From assembly GCF_009914755.1 (NCBI RefSeq), contig NC_060928.1: DNA of 64,000 nucleotides. The stretch is one strand, 5' to 3'. The notes below the pieces were generated by a model. The model saw nothing but the letters and a program-made list of their open reading frames with translations, was not told the DNA's origin and searched no databases. Shown here one piece after another: positions 1-21,536 of this stretch. Every line of letters begins with the position of its first letter. Position 1 is the first letter of the stretch. The translations under genes were made by a program, and so were the position numbers. The DNA comes from the human T2T-CHM13v2.0 reference genome, Homo sapiens.

Positions 1-229
1 TAAGTTTGCTGGATTCCAAACTCCAAATATTATGACATTAATACTTAGTTAATATGGTCAAGTGAGTAATTTTCTATAATAAAATGGTTTTTCTAGAATA
101 CTTCCTAGAAAGCAGAGAGCTTTGTATTGCAATGTTGTTTCTTTTTTTTTAGCAGGGTATATTAAGCTGCCAGCTGATCCCAGTTGGACAAGCTGCCTTG
201 TCTTTCTCTCCTTCCTTGCTTTAGGTGTT

Positions 230-1260
<1,031 letters not shown>

Positions 1261-1545
1261 AATAAATTCTTGTTGATCTTTCAGTCTAGTTGGGTTAGCA
1301 GGTATATCTGCAGGTGAGTTCAATCAATCTCATGCAACAGGATTATGTAAGAAAAACATCCTGGGTGAACTTGGCAAGGCCTCCTCCTCAGTTGTCAGGG
1401 ATATGGACAGGAGTTTTTTCTTCCCAGAAAATATCCCCAAGTCATCTTGAAGCCATGGTAGCACCTCCTCAGGTTGCTCCTGAGGGAAACATTTAACACA
1501 TTTTAAATCTCATTCAATGATGGAGAACAAATAAATTTCATCTTA

Positions 1546-1914
<369 letters not shown>

Positions 1915-1994
1915 TTAAGCAAAAAGGGAATAGATTTATTCACATAACCACAAAGTCTATGGGTAAGGTTGGTTTTAGGCATGGGTGAGCCTAG

Positions 1995-2306
<312 letters not shown>

Positions 2307-2501
2307 TGATTACAGGTGTGAGCCACCACACCCGGCCTGGACTGTTTTTCTTTATTGTTCAACTTTGCTTTCTTTTGGATTGGTCTAATTCTTAAGTTCC
2401 AAGTACAAATAAGGCTACTAATAGATGTAGGCTCAGAATATCCCTTCAGTTAGTGCTTGCTTTACTTATAGCAAATGTTCCAGGGAAGAACATAATTGGC
2501 T

Positions 2502-2965
2502 TGTGTGATAGATGGAATAGTGACTCCCCAAAGCTGTCACATCCCATCCCAGAACCTGCGAGTCTGTTACCTTACATGACAAAAGAAACTTTGAAGACGT
2601 AATTAAGTTAAGGTTCTTGAGATGAGATGATCCTCACTGAGATAACCTCCCCTCTTGACATTATCCTGGATTATCCAGGTGGGCCCCAAGTAATCATAGA
2701 TGAAAGGCAGGAGGTCAGAGAAGAGAAGAGGTACTATGCTGTTGGACTTGAGGATGGAAGAAGGGAGCCATGAGCCAAGGAATGCAGGTGGCCTAGAAGC
2801 TGTAAAAGGCAAAGAAACACATTCTCTCCTTGAGTCTGCAGAATGAACGTAGCCCCAAGGACCCATTTTAGATTGATCTCTAGTACTGTAAAATAATAAA
2901 CTTGTTGCTTTGTTTTAAGTCATTAAGTTTGTGGTAATTTGTTACCAAAGCAAGAGGAAAGTAAT
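2502..2965 (+). mobile_element. MaLR LTR (MLT1D-like)
   Basis: gttaccttacatgacaaaagaaactttgaagacgtaattaagttaagg...gattatccaggtggg...aataaac...tttgtggtaatttgttac. Confidence 0.8.
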
Positions 2966-4499
2966 TCAACCTTTGATGATTGCCCCTCCCTGAGCCAACT
3001 GCTCTGATTGTGGTGGCGAGTGAGAGGTAGTCCATTGGTGTGGGTTATATACACCAATCCCTGAATCCGGGTTGGGCTAAGTCCAGTGAAACCAAATGAA
3101 TGATGTGTTGGGGTGGAATGGATCTTCAACGATACGTGACTTCTCCACCCTACTCCTTATAGCTGCCTAGCAGCCCTTTATACACATGAAATGTAAAACG
3201 TAATGTGACTATTACTCAACAGCAGACAGCCCAAATTATCCTTTAGGTCCTGCATTCATTTTGAATCCAGAGCCTTCTTTTTTTTTTTTTTTTTTTTTTT
3301 GACAAGATCCATAATTTTTCATTCCATGAATCTACAATAAAGCTCCAAGATTATATATGTATGTAAAATTTTCAGATTATATCCTGCTCAGTTGTGTGTG
3401 TATGAAGATTAAAATAAAAAAGGTTGAAAAAGAAAGCAGATTGGTTTCTATGGTGGGTTTTTTGGGAGAGGTTTTTCTTAGTTTATTTTGAAATATGTTT
3501 GATTTCCATTAATACTGTTATAGTGGTACTTGTTCAGTAAATGGTTATTGAAAACTATGAAAAGTTCTCTGTTCTCTTTAATCTTGTTTTTCATATTTCC
3601 CCAGTTTTATTGTGGTATAATCTACTACATCTAGGATCTTTGAGTGATTCATATTCTTTTGAGTCAGGTCCATGAAATTCTACATGGCAAGAAATCTACA
3701 TAAGAATCCAATAATAAATAGTGGAAGGAAGCAAAAAATTACAACAAAAGTTTGCATTCAGAAGAGGGAAGAAGGGGACAAGTCGATAGCACACACACAT
3801 CCTGGGGGGTCCCTGACCTGGAAGTAAATTAGGTTTTAGTATGTTGTGCTCATGGCCACATGTGAAATAGACACTGAGGAGGCTTCCACTTCTGGTGCTG
3901 TACCAAATTCCTCTTGGTACTGGTTCTCCTGCCGAGGAGGTACCTCAGGAGTTAAGCTGTCCTGAGCCTTGGTAATCCAGGCATGGGATTCCCGTGGCAA
4001 TGTATTTACCTTGAAAATTTAGCATCTGCTTCTTGATTCACTTTTTCACAATTCTATGCTCTGGCAAGCAAAGACAGAAAGTTGGCAGAGGTATGGTCTG
4101 TGGGTCCCGACTCCATTTCTGTCTCTTTAGCAACAGGCCTTAATACAGGTCTATTTCTTGTAAACAATGGGCTCGGGTTGTTCTTCAGAGCGAATCTGCT
4201 CCTCATTGCTGTGCTGCATCGCAGTGGGAGGCTCTTTAGAATAGAGGTAATTATGATCATTACTTGTATAGGGAAGGCAAAGCTTTACCTCTCCTTTCTT
4301 AGGATCTTTGGCTGGGCCTGAGAGTTACATTGACATAAGATAGATGGGCAGAAGAAAATCATTTGGATTTTTACGTGTACACAGCAACTCCCAAAGAGGT
4401 GGCAAAATCTAGGCCAGCCTAGGAAACATAGTAAAACCCTATCTCTACAGTGCTTACATATTAGGTTGAACAAAGAGAGGTAATTATGGAAAAGTAATT

Positions 4500-6962
<2,463 letters not shown>

Positions 6963-7557
6963 TATATAAAATAAACATACATAGATACTATACATATAAA
7001 TGTGCATATATGTATATATTAACGTCTTCAAATAGAAACACACAAAGAACAAAGCTATGTATTAATTCATTAACATGGAACTCACAGCCAACAGCATTAT
7101 AACTCACTCCTATAATATGTAAATAATGAGGATTGACTGCATTTTAAGTAAAATAACACATTATCACATAGATATAGAGTATAAGTTCCAATAATTCATC
7201 TGTAAGTCTTTCTCTCTGTTGGGGAGGGGATTAGAAATAAAGATGAGGAAGAAGATATTTCATTTTAAGATTGTATTTTGTTGCGAGTTTAATTTTAAAT
7301 GGGAACTTGTTTTTGTTTGGACCACAAAACAGAACATTTAACATCTGTACTCAAAAACAATATTGATAAGCATAACTGAAGCTTCTATAATAAACTTTAC
7401 AAGAAGAAAATTTCTTACTTTTAGCAGCCCACGAAATAAATTTTAAATAGCATAGAAGAAGCTGCAAATTCTCCCTATAGGTACAGATTTTATATTTTTA
7501 GTATGTCCACCCTCAGAGGCATCCATCATTCACTGAAAATCCAGGAAACTTGAGGTT

Positions 7558-8000
7558 TGTGGCAATAAAAGTGACTCTATATTGGATGCTAATCTGCCAT
7601 GTTGACTTCTAATTAACCCCAGTCCTAAAGACGCCTCCTGAGTCCTATTTTATTTACTGTCCTTAGTGTAAGAACATGCCGGCCATTAGATCCAAGCAAC
7701 CTTGATGTTATCACACAAATTATAGGCTATGACCACATAGCAGTCTTGCCTCTTCTGGAGGTTTGCCTTTAACTGTCTCTATACAGCATGTACACCCTTT
7801 CCTTATGGTATAAAAGCCCTGGGTCTGGGGAGTATTGATGCAGAGGCCTACCTGTCTTGCTGCTGCCCAAGACCATGCTTCCATCTCTAAGTTCCCCAGT
7901 AAATCATCCTTTACTGCAAACTGGTTTTGTCTGCCTTGTTCTTTGGTTCCTTGGGTCCTTCTGCATTTGGGGGCTGCTTTGTGCATGTGGCCCTTTCACA
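7558..8000 (+). mobile_element. Solo ERV LTR (LTR47-like, subfamily uncertain)
   Basis: TG start, TATAAAA near 7809, AGTAAA poly(A)-like signal near 7898, ends ...tttcaCA. Confidence 0.7.
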
Positions 8001-9381
8001 GAAGCTTATAATTAGAAAAAAATTCTTCAAATTATTAATTGTGCAACAGTTGGAACATGCAGATATACAAAAACACAAATGCTATCAAATGAATATAGTA
8101 AGGTATATTTCATATTCCATTTTTATGTTGTCCTGCAGAGCTATAATTTTCCCAAAAGACAAAAATCAAAGCTAAATTAAATACAATACTGCCTTCCCAA
8201 TTCCCAGTTAAGGCAAAACAAATGTATTAAGAATTGCCTCATCAGAGGTACAAAGAGAGGGAAGCATGCCTGTGAAATCTCAAAATGGAAAAGAGAAATT
8301 GGTCATTTTCCAAAGTGGCCTCTTTCTAATGAAATTCTAGCAGAGATCTTCAAGGATAGAAATTTGGGCCAGGTGTTGGGGCCAGAACAGGAGTTCAAAA
8401 CCAGCCTGGACAATGTAGCAAGACTCCATCTCTACAAAAAATTTTAGAAATTAGCTGGGAATGGTGGCATGCACCTGTAGTCTCAGGTACTCAGGAGGCT
8501 GAGACAGGAGGATTGCTTTAGCCCAGGAATTCAAAGTTGCAGTGAGCTAAAACTGCACCATAGCACTCCAGCCTGGGTGACCAAGTGAAAATCTGTGTTC
8601 CAAAAAACAAACAAACAAACAAACAAAGGATAGAAATTTATCTTTTGTTGCCTTAGAATAATTCAATAGGAATGGTTGAGGTTGCTTTCTTGAAGCACTG
8701 ATTTTTATTTCAGGTCTTTCCATTGATGCGTTTGTTCTAAAACACAAAAAAAGTCCTTATTTTATAAAACAAAACCAGCAGTATAGGACTAGGCAATTGA
8801 AAGTAAGGCTACCTTGCAACACTTACCTAAACACCGGTCAATAAAGAAGGTAGTCAGTTGTAGAACACAAGGAAACATGGTCCCTCTGTTACTCACGCTT
8901 TGGGTAAAGTTTTGTCTCCCTCAAGTTCAAGTTACAGCCCTCCAAAAATTTAGTGTTGTGAGAAGTAGGCAAGGCCTGTTAGGAAAGTGCTTCCTTAGTT
9001 TTAATATAGTTGATTAACAAAACTTGAAAATTTTCTAGCTGTTCCTTGCCTGCTATTTGTTTTTCCTTTTCTTGTGCTATCAGCCAGACCTTGTGGTTCT
9101 TTTTTTTTAAGACAGGGTCTCACTCCTGTTGTCCAGGCTGGAATGCAATGCAGTTGGAGTTACCTGGTTCACTGCAATCTCTGCCTCCCAGGTTCAATTG
9201 ATTCTCCTACATCAGCTTCCTGAGTAGCTGGAATTACAGGCATGTGCCACCACACCTGGCTTATTTTTGTATTTTTAGTAGAGATGGTGTTTCACCATTT
9301 TGGCCAGGCTGGTCTCGAACTCCTGACCTCAAGTAATCCACCCACCTCAGCCTCCCAAAGTGCTGGGATTACAGGCAGTGA

Positions 9382-9735
<354 letters not shown>

Positions 9736-10852
9736 TAAGCCACCGCACCCGGCCTTATATATAGTTCTTAATTGGGATTGTGGAGGGACTTAGTTGAAAC
9801 AGATATGAAGGCTAGGCTTTCTGAGCATGGGGATAGAGAACTGTGGAGAAAGAGGATCCTCTTTTGGTGGAACTAATCCTTTTCCTTAGGGGCAATCTCT
9901 AAAGCCAGATTAAAAAATTAGTTTATCAAAATTTTGGCTTTGGGTTGATCCTAATTTCCACAATCTTAAAAGAAAATTTTCAAAAAGATGTAAAATATCT
10001 CCAATAGATTTCTTCAATATCTTTCTCTTGGTGGTAATAAGCAGCGCAAACTAATATACCTACTAAACATAATTATTTACTAAAAGTTTTTTAAAAATGC
10101 ATTATTAACAGCAATATAATTACTACATAAAGTTCAAAATTTCTAATAATTCCTTTTGCTTTTGGATTGTATTCCACTAATGGTTTTCAGTGGTTGGTTC
10201 AGCTATTGGTTGTTCACGAGTCACCCAATAGCTCCCTCTCTGTGGCTGTTAGTCCTTACCTGATGAACAGTTTAGTTCAGTTTCAGTTTGCTTTATTCGT
10301 TGGCATCCTAGCAGCTGTCATTTAGAAGCTCTTACAACATTATGGCTTTCAGGTGTGGAGAGAGGAGGGTCTACTCTATTTTGAGATGATAAAAAGCACT
10401 CAAATAGGCCCAGTGCGGTGGCTAACGCCTGTAATCCCAGCACTTTGGGGGGGGCCAACGTGGGCAGATCACTTGAGGTCAGGAGTTTGAGACCAGCCTG
10501 GCCAAATGGCGGAACCCCGTCTCTACTAAAAATACAAAAATTAGCTGGGCATGGTGGTGCATGCCTGTGGTCTCAGCTACACAGGAGGCTGAGGCAGGAG
10601 AATCGCTTGAACCTGGGAGGCAGAGGGTGCAGTGAGCCAAGATTGCGCCACTCAAAAACAAACCAACAAACAAAAAACCAAATGGCTGTCTTCAAAATTA
10701 TGTACAATTTTATTTTGAAACTATGTGATCCATCTAGAATGTTGAATACATAATTATAAACAGGATTCACATGCATGCTCTCTTGCTGATTAATTTTTCA
10801 CCTATGATTTAATTTCTATTAAGATTAAAATATACTGTCATATACTCAGTAA

Positions 10853-11199
<347 letters not shown>

Positions 11200-11264
11200 T
11201 TGCTTTTTCTAAGCTATGAACTTTTAAATTTTATAAGGTTCTCAGATCAACTTAATCTTGTTTC

Positions 11265-11682
11265 GTTATACTAAGTGTTTTCTGTTGCTTTTAACAGAAT
11301 ATCTGAAACTGGATAATTTATAAAGGAAATGAATTTATTTCTTATAGCTATGGAGGCTGAGAAGCCCAAGATCAAGGGGGTACAACTAGTGAGAGCCTTC
11401 TTGCTAGTGGGGACTCTGAAGAGCCCTGAGGCAGTGCCTGGTACCACATGGTGAGGGGGATGTGCATGCTTAAGTGCTAGCTCAGGTCTCTCTTCCTCTC
11501 CTTGTAAAGACACCAGCTCTGCTCCCATTATAACCCATTAATCCATAAGCCAATTGATCCATTTATGAGAAGAGAGCCCTCATGATCCAATCACCATGTA
11601 ATGGCCCCATGCCTCTCAATACTGCCACACTGGAGATCAAGTTCCAACATGAGTTTTGAAAAAGACATTCAAACCGTACCAT
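11265..11682 (-). mobile_element. MaLR LTR (MST family)
   Basis: ctgaaactggataatttataaagg...gaggctgagaagcccaagatc...caacatgagttttg. Confidence 0.8.
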
Positions 11683-12784
11683 CAAGGTTTACCCATCTAA
11701 GGGATTCTCCCACTTAGCATTAGCTGCATCACACTAGTAGTTTTTAATTATTATTATATTTTTTTAGAGAGTCTCATTCTGTCACCCAGGCTGGAGTGCA
11801 GTGGCGTGATCTCGGCTCACTGCGACCTCCACCTCCTGGGTTCAACGATTCGCTTTTTACTTTCTTAAGAGTTATCAAGGAGATATTGAATCTTCATATT
11901 CCATATCACTAGCAGAAGAATACACGTAAATTCAGGGTCTTCAGGGCTTTGCTTAAACTGTACATAGATCAAATTCTTACTTATATAGTTGTATTTTTAT
12001 TTTTATATAAATTTATATTCTTATTTTAGTTGTATACACAGTACAGAACCACAGCGTTCCAGAAACTTTTGGGTAAATAAAATTATCTGACTTTAATGCT
12101 GTGGCTTTAGGAAATTCCAACTTCCCAAAACCAAATGATTTCATAAAATACCATCACAGTGTATGAAAAAAAGAAAACAGATAACTAGAAAATATCCATT
12201 ATTACAAGTTTAAACAACACTAATAAGGTTCAAATGGAAAATCTATAAATTCATATAATTTCCAATTATCTGGGTTCTGCTTGAACCAGCTCGTAAGGCA
12301 CAGTGTTTATAATGATAATGCATTGTTTTACACCATATTTACATGAAGATTTAGCTTTAATACAGAAATCTAAATTCTTGCATGGTTTCAGATGTTATGC
12401 CTGAAATTCCAAAGTCTGCATTCTGTAGTAGCTGCAGTTAACACCCCAGAGGAAAAAATAAACTACATTCTTTAATTTTTTTTCTAGGGTCTGCATTCCT
12501 ACTGCTTCTGGGACTTAAATCTGACATATAGGCAATTTTAAAGGTGACTCCTAAAAAAAAAAAAAAGGTGATTCCTGGGATTCTTAGAAGAATAAAATAT
12601 GAAGGTATAAGTGTGATTTAAGAATAGGTGCAAAATATAAGCAGATTATGCGTCCAATAAAAAAAAAAATAGGAACAAAACACAGAAGGTACCAAGGTTT
12701 TTTTGGGCACTCATTTTTTCACACTAACTACAATTTTCCCAATGTCATCTAGGAGGACCTCTGTACCTCCTCTGAGATGTGAAC

Positions 12785-13246
12785 TGTGGGAAAACATTTT
12801 AAATGGTCCATTTTCAAGGCATGATAAATCTAAGCACTGGCAGCCAGCCTTGGTATGTAACAAACCGCACTGCTCATGCACCTAGAAGGTCACAATAAAC
12901 GAACAGAATGTAGAGGAGGAGTCAGCCCATAAAAGGGAAGAAAGTTTCGTTATTGGGAAATCAAAACTTAAGGGGGGAAGGGAATGGGGTATATAACCTT
13001 ACAAGGGGGATAATGAAACTTACGCGATGTCTGGGAAGACTGTAATCCCATAGTACTTAACCAATCAGAAACTGGGGGAAGGACTTGTGTGCTAGGAGAT
13101 AAATTACCTGCTGTAACTGCCCCAGGTGTGCCTGCCCACCAGACACCCAATCTTGCAAGACTGCCATTAAAAGTCTTGCTTCCACTGTTCTTCAGGTCTC
13201 CAAGTCTGTTCTTTCGGTTTGGACGGGTAAATGGGTGGTTCTTAGA
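12785..13246 (+). mobile_element. Solo ERVL LTR (LTR18-like)
   Basis: TGTGGG...aaatggtccattttcaaggcatgataaatctaag..., CCAAT box, ATTAAA near 13166, TSD tgaac / tgaag. Confidence 0.72.
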
Positions 13247-14899
13247 TGAAGATATGGTCTTTAGCTCTTAAGTGCTGTTAAAGGTACCTGAAAAGTCTTC
13301 TCCCCAAGTTTGGCTTTTCCCTCGAGGTTCTTAATGAGGCTTTGCACCTTCTCCTGGGTTATCTGTCAGGGTGGCAATTAAGAATTTTGGTTTTCCTTTG
13401 TAAGCCTCATCTTCCCACTTAGGACATCTGACTAGGATGGGATTTGTTCAGTTTTCTCTTCTAACGGTCCCAGGGAAAAGTAATTTGGGATCATTTCAGA
13501 TACGCCAATTCTATCTATTAATATACTTTTGAACTCAGGTATCCTAATGGTATAAATACTATAAATTGATCCAGGAGTGAGTCTCCCTTCCTGACTCTTG
13601 AAATGAGAAGCATTCATTAAGACAGTGAATCTGGCCTAGAGACAAAAATGAGACCCACAGGAAAAACAGATCTCCTGTAAGGACGAGAAGGGTGGGTAAC
13701 ACCCCTGTGGGGGAAGGGTAACACAAACATTACAGTCCTCATCTAAGGAGACAAAAACCTTCCTGAACTCTGCAGGGCCCAGCGCAGAGCCTCAGCAACT
13801 GAGGGGATATAGGCAAGCCAGACAGCAAGACATCAAGGGGTCTTAAGAGCATGCATATTCCCTGTTCTGTAGCCCTGACTTCATTCAGGTTCTGGAACTG
13901 CTCCAGGCTATGACAAACTGTTAGAAATAAGACCACAGACTTGCAATTTTCTGAAATACAATACAGATTTTTTGCTCTTTACTAAAAAAAATCTGCCTGA
14001 AGAAAAAAATCAAGAGTATTTACCATCCTGAAGTCAGGTAAGTTCAGGTAACTGATTCACTTCAGTTCATAATACACCAGTTTTCTTTATACATGGGTTT
14101 ATCCCAAGATCCCAGCAACCCCCACTTGTGAGAAATTATTTTGAGATCTTGGAGGAAGGGCCTTGTATTCTCAAACTTCCTGTATATATTTGAAAAGAAA
14201 TTTCAAGTTTGAAAGTTTGACAATGGGAGAGCAACAGGAAACTAAGCACAATATACATTTGTAAAGATACAAATATACATTTTGAAATCAAGGGGACTCA
14301 CAGTAAACAAGGTAAATTATGCACATGAAAGAAGATTCATTTATTTGAAAAGGAAGTATCTGGAGATAGGAAAAACCAAAGATGTTTTTTCCTACTTTCT
14401 TTTTTGTACAGACAAGGTCTCACTATGTTGCCCAGGCTGATCTGGAACTCCTGGCCACAAGGATCTGCCCTATCCTGAAACTTTCTAGGGGCCCCCAGCC
14501 ACCAGTCATCACATGAGCATACAAAAGACACTTAACTCTGCAGATTCCGCTGGATGTCAGGGATTGGGGATAAAGACCAAATACATATTTCACAATATCA
14601 TAGCACGTTATTTTTTGCGTCTCAGCAAAAGTGACAAACACAATGGGAAAAGGAGACTGATTTCCCTCATGCCATTATGAGAAAAATATCTGAGTGTACT
14701 CACTCAGTAACACACACGGCAAAGGCCATTATGAGAAAAATATCTGAGTGTACACAGTAACACACACGGCAAAGGCAAAGTTATTCCAGAGGTAATATGT
14801 AACTGGCAAAATTTTCCTCAAATTCTTTCCTCTTTTTACTATGACCTAAGCTGCACACACATTTCTGCCTCTGCATCCTTGATTGTACACGCTGCAAAT

Positions 14900-15455
14900 A
14901 TAGTCAATTTGCATTATTTGTGGTACTTATGTTCCATAAAGTCCACAAACACTGAAGTAGTGAATACCAAATCACTGCTCCTAGAAAACATACAGGGTTA
15001 GGTTTCTGCAAGCTTTGTTTTTGTCAACAGAACAATGCAACATATTGTTGATTCAGTAACACTGAACTCTCTGCCAACAGCATTATAACTTGTGCATGAA
15101 TGAAGCTTATCTAATATACTTATTTTCTCCTAAGCCTTCCTGAGCTTAGGAACATCAGAAAGCACTCCAGCAGGGCATTTGGAGGCCATTTTAAACAGTA
15201 AAATCACCAACAAAAAGAACAGAAATTAGGAAGAGATGGGACTAAGTAGACTCAAAAAGGATACATGTTTACGGTATGAGAGCTGAAACTAGAAGGCAGA
15301 GTACCATTTGTTTCACTTCTGTTGGGAGGTGACTCACATTTTTGCCTACAAATGGCTCAAAAGCACTTGTGCAAGTACTGGTTCTGGGGTTATGGATAGA
15401 TTTGAGCAAGGAGGCAAATTTACAAATATAAAATCCACAAATAATGAGGATATTT
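14900..15455. mobile_element. MER82 (Tigger-type MITE); a collapsed related fragment lies near 7030-7140
   Basis: Ends cattatttgtgg / ccacaaataatg form the TIR. Internal gccaacagcattataact...ggccattttaaacag matches the recalled consensus. Confidence 0.75.
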
Positions 15456-15699
15456 CAATTCCTTCAATGTGGTTGGAAAGCACAATTGCCCCAATAGGAC
15501 AGTCAGAAACCAGGACTAGGAACTTGTATGAAAAAAGAACCTAGTCTTAATTGCCACCATCTATGTCTAAAATAAATTCTCAGGGAAGCAGAATTCTTAC
15601 CTCTGTATGCTGTACATTTTTTCTATTAAAAAATGTCATAACTTCATTAAGCAGGTGAACTAAAATTTAAGAGACATCAATCAAAGAAATGACTAATGA

Positions 15700-17730
<2,031 letters not shown>

Positions 17731-17904
17731 TCATTTTCTTGAAATGAACTTGGTATTAAAGGCAGCAAATATGTCTTTATAAGGAGTTTCTGAATCTGAC
17801 TTGGTCGATGGTATTCGGCAAAGTTGGCGAAATCCAGGAGAACGCAGCAGCAAATTCTGTGAAAGGCCCACGAAGCTGGAGCATAACCAGTAGAGAACAA
17901 TTGA
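17731..17904 (-). CDS. COX18: COX18 exon 6, coding part with TGA stop
   Basis: Acceptor ctctttatag|TCA. Encodes SIVLYWLCSSFVGLSQNLLLR...KFISRK*. Total CDS is 999 nt plus stop = 333 aa. Confidence 0.95.
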   Translation of the reverse strand, partial: SIVLYWLCSSFVGLSQNLLLRSPGFRQLCRIPSTKSDSETPYKDIFAAFNTKFISRK

Positions 17905-18446
17905 CTATAAAGAGAAGACATAAATGTTAGCATCTGTAATTCTACAAGGACATCACAGTCCAGACAATAAAAAATAAAATGACAATCTTTGTAAATACAA
18001 GTATGCCAAGACTAAGCAAGACTTGCAGCAGCTACTAGATTCCTGGGATAGATTTAATAGACAGGGAAAAAAGGTTACAGACAGACCAAAAAGCAAAAAT
18101 AAAGGAAAAAGAGAAGTATTTAGGGTAGAAAGTAAAAAGAGAGAAGCTCCTAGGCAGAGGCTCAAGAGAGATCTTATCTCCCTTCTTCGACAATGGAACA
18201 TAACTTTTTCCCCACCAAAAGTCCTGTCCAACTGCTTACATACTGAAGGTAGAATGCTGGAAGTGTGGCACTTATGATGGCAAACTTAGCCTCCCTACAC
18301 CTAATTTTCCCCATATAGTCATCTATCTTCCAAATGTTTCCCAACAGCCAGTTTCTCAGTGTAGTAAGGAATGCATTTTCTTTGCCTTCTTCTGAGACAA
18401 ACAGCCTCAGCATTATCTCCAAATTTCTTTTGTATTACCATCTTGA

Positions 18447-18745
18447 GCAGTGGTCCCCAACATTTTTGACACTAGGGGCCAATTTTTCCATGGACAGGAG
18501 GAAGATTTTGGGATGAAACTGTTCCATTCCTCGTATCATGAGGAATGAGATCCTCATAAGGAGTGTACACCCTAGATCCCTCACCTGTGCAGTTCACAAT
18601 AGGGTTCGTGCTATGAGAATCTAATGCTGCTAATCTGACAGGAGGTGGAGCTCAGGTGGTAAGGCTCACTTGCCCACCACTCACCTCCTGCTGTCAGCCG
18701 GCTCCTAATCGGCTATGGACCAGTACTGGTCTGTGGCCCCGGGTG
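18447..18745. mobile_element. MER1B (hAT-Charlie)
   Basis: cagtggtccccaac...gatgaaactgttcca...cctagatccctc...gcagttcacaatagggttc...tctgacaggaggtggagctcagg. Confidence 0.8.
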
Positions 18746-18869
18746 ACCATTTATTTAGGTCAATACGAAGTTCTACAACCTCCTGAAATACTCCTATACT
18801 TACACCTGTTCCAAACTTTTCTTTAGCATCAGAAGGTAATCAGGCCCCAGAAACAAAATCATGCAGTTG

Positions 18870-19395
18870 TTAAGTCTAGGTCCTGGAGGCAAACTGCCTG
18901 AATTTGAATCCTACTTGCCATCTATTTGACTTTGAGTAAGTTATTTTCCTTCTGTTCCAGTTTCCTCATCTGTAAAGTGGGGACAGTAACTGCATCTACC
19001 TCAGAGGATTGCTGTGAGGAATAAATGAGATAATTCATGTAGAGTGGTATGCAAGTATGTGGTCCACATTCAGCACTTACATTTGTTATTTGTTCCAAAG
19101 TCAGTCTTTAGGGGCAGAAAGCAGCACATCCTCAAAGGTAGATTAGCACAGTAGTTAAGAGGAGGAGCCAAACTGCTTAGATGTGTGTTAAGACTCTATC
19201 ACTTATAGCTAAGTGACCTTGGATGAGTTACTTAACTTCTCTGTGCCTCAGTTTCCTCATCACCAAAGTGAAGATTATAATAGTACCTTTATCGTCGCGC
19301 TGTTGGGACAATTACATGGGGTAAAATATGTAAACCATTTAAAACAGTGCTTAGCACAAAGTCAGTGTTAAATAAATATTGGCTATCATCATTAT
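18870..19395 (+). mobile_element. Two tandem MIR elements
   Basis: MIR core cagtttcctcatctgtaaagtgggg and tgaccttggatgagttacttaacttctctgtgcctcagtttcctcat. Confidence 0.8.
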
Positions 19396-20234
19396 CTGAT
19401 TTATCCACCAAAAGAAAAAGAACCTGCGGCCAACTACAGCAGTCTATAAGTTGCCAGCTAAGTATCAATCTCCCCTCTTCCTTAGTAACAAAATCTTAAT
19501 TTTTATTTGAGTAGGCTGTCATCTAAAAAAAAAAAAGACTATATTTCCTTGCCTCTTCTGCAGTGAGGGGTGGTCATAAAACTAAGATGTTAACACAACT
19601 GTTTGGTGGAACATCTGGCAAGTCTCCTTAAAAGGGGCTGACTGCACTTGAGGCACCCTTTTCTATTCCTGCATGATAACAAGCTCTAACAGCCATGACC
19701 GTAGTGTAGCCTTGAAATCACAGGCTGTGGATAACAAAGCAGAAAGAGAGCAGCAGTCTGGGTCTCTCATCTTCATGGACTTGTCTCATCATCCCTAAGC
19801 TGCTTAATCAGATTTCCTATAATTGACAGGATAAATTTTGGGTATTTAAGGCATTGTGTTTTAGATCTCTTGTTACTCATTTTGAACTCAATCCCTCATT
19901 AAAACTTAACTGCTCGTATTTTATTTTATCTGAGGCGTTCTTCAGTATATAGCTGGTATGATTGCTCTGTGGAAATGTAGTGAATCTGTGCCGTTCTACT
20001 TTTACAGGGTATTTTACAACACTACTACTTTATGTAAAAAGTTCTCTAATAGGCACTCATTTCATTAATTCTCACAGGCATTATGATATCTATTTTAGAG
20101 ATGAACAAACTTATTCTGCATAGGATTAATGACAGTATTATGTTCAGTAACAGCCTAAAAAATAGATTTTGATAGCAAAAACATACTGTTTTAGATTCCT
20201 ATAAAAAATATTGTGGGCCAGGCATGGTGGCTCA

Positions 20235-20544
<310 letters not shown>

Positions 20545-21042
20545 CTAACTATTAATAACAACTGAATTCGACTTTATGTGTTAGCTCTGAGTAAACATGG
20601 AGATATACCTAACACAGCTTTTGCCTCCTTAGAAACTTCTAAAGTATTTGTGGGAAACATGCAAAAGACTGAACTAACTGCAAACATAACCATTTCTTTT
20701 TCTATTTCTATAAAGATTAATTAGGTATATACAGGGACAAGTTTACCTATTTCATAGAGTTGTTATGAGATTAAATAATACCATACACAAACCCAAATGG
20801 TCTTAGCATTTTGTTTTGTTTCTTTTTAAGTGCTAAATTCTTTGCTCCAGTCTACATAGGCAGAACTAATTCAATATACCAAGTAGTCAAATGGAAGAAA
20901 TACCATATTCATGGTATTATGCAAAACACGTTGCAAAATTTAAAAAAAGGCAAGAAATAGAGACAGATTAGTTACCACAGAAACACTGATTTGGTAAGGG
21001 ATCAAGTAGTCAGAGGAAGTTCAGCAGAAGAAGCAGGATCCC

Positions 21043-21374
<332 letters not shown>

Positions 21375-21428
21375 CTAAAGTCAGAGAGGATTTAGCACAT
21401 GCTACACACAATATTGGTGCTTACTCAC

Positions 21429-21536
21429 TGAGGGTACCGTTGCAGCAATTGGTATCATCAACACCGACATTGCACGGACAAAGTACGTAATATACGTCTG
21501 AAAACGAGACATTCCAATTTTTTGTAGAGCACAAAT
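21429..21536 (-). CDS. COX18: COX18 exon 5 (108 nt)
   Basis: Acceptor cccttcag|ATT. Encodes ICALQKIGMSRFQTYITYFVRAMSVLMIPIAATVPS. Donor TCA|GTGAGT. Confidence 0.95.
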
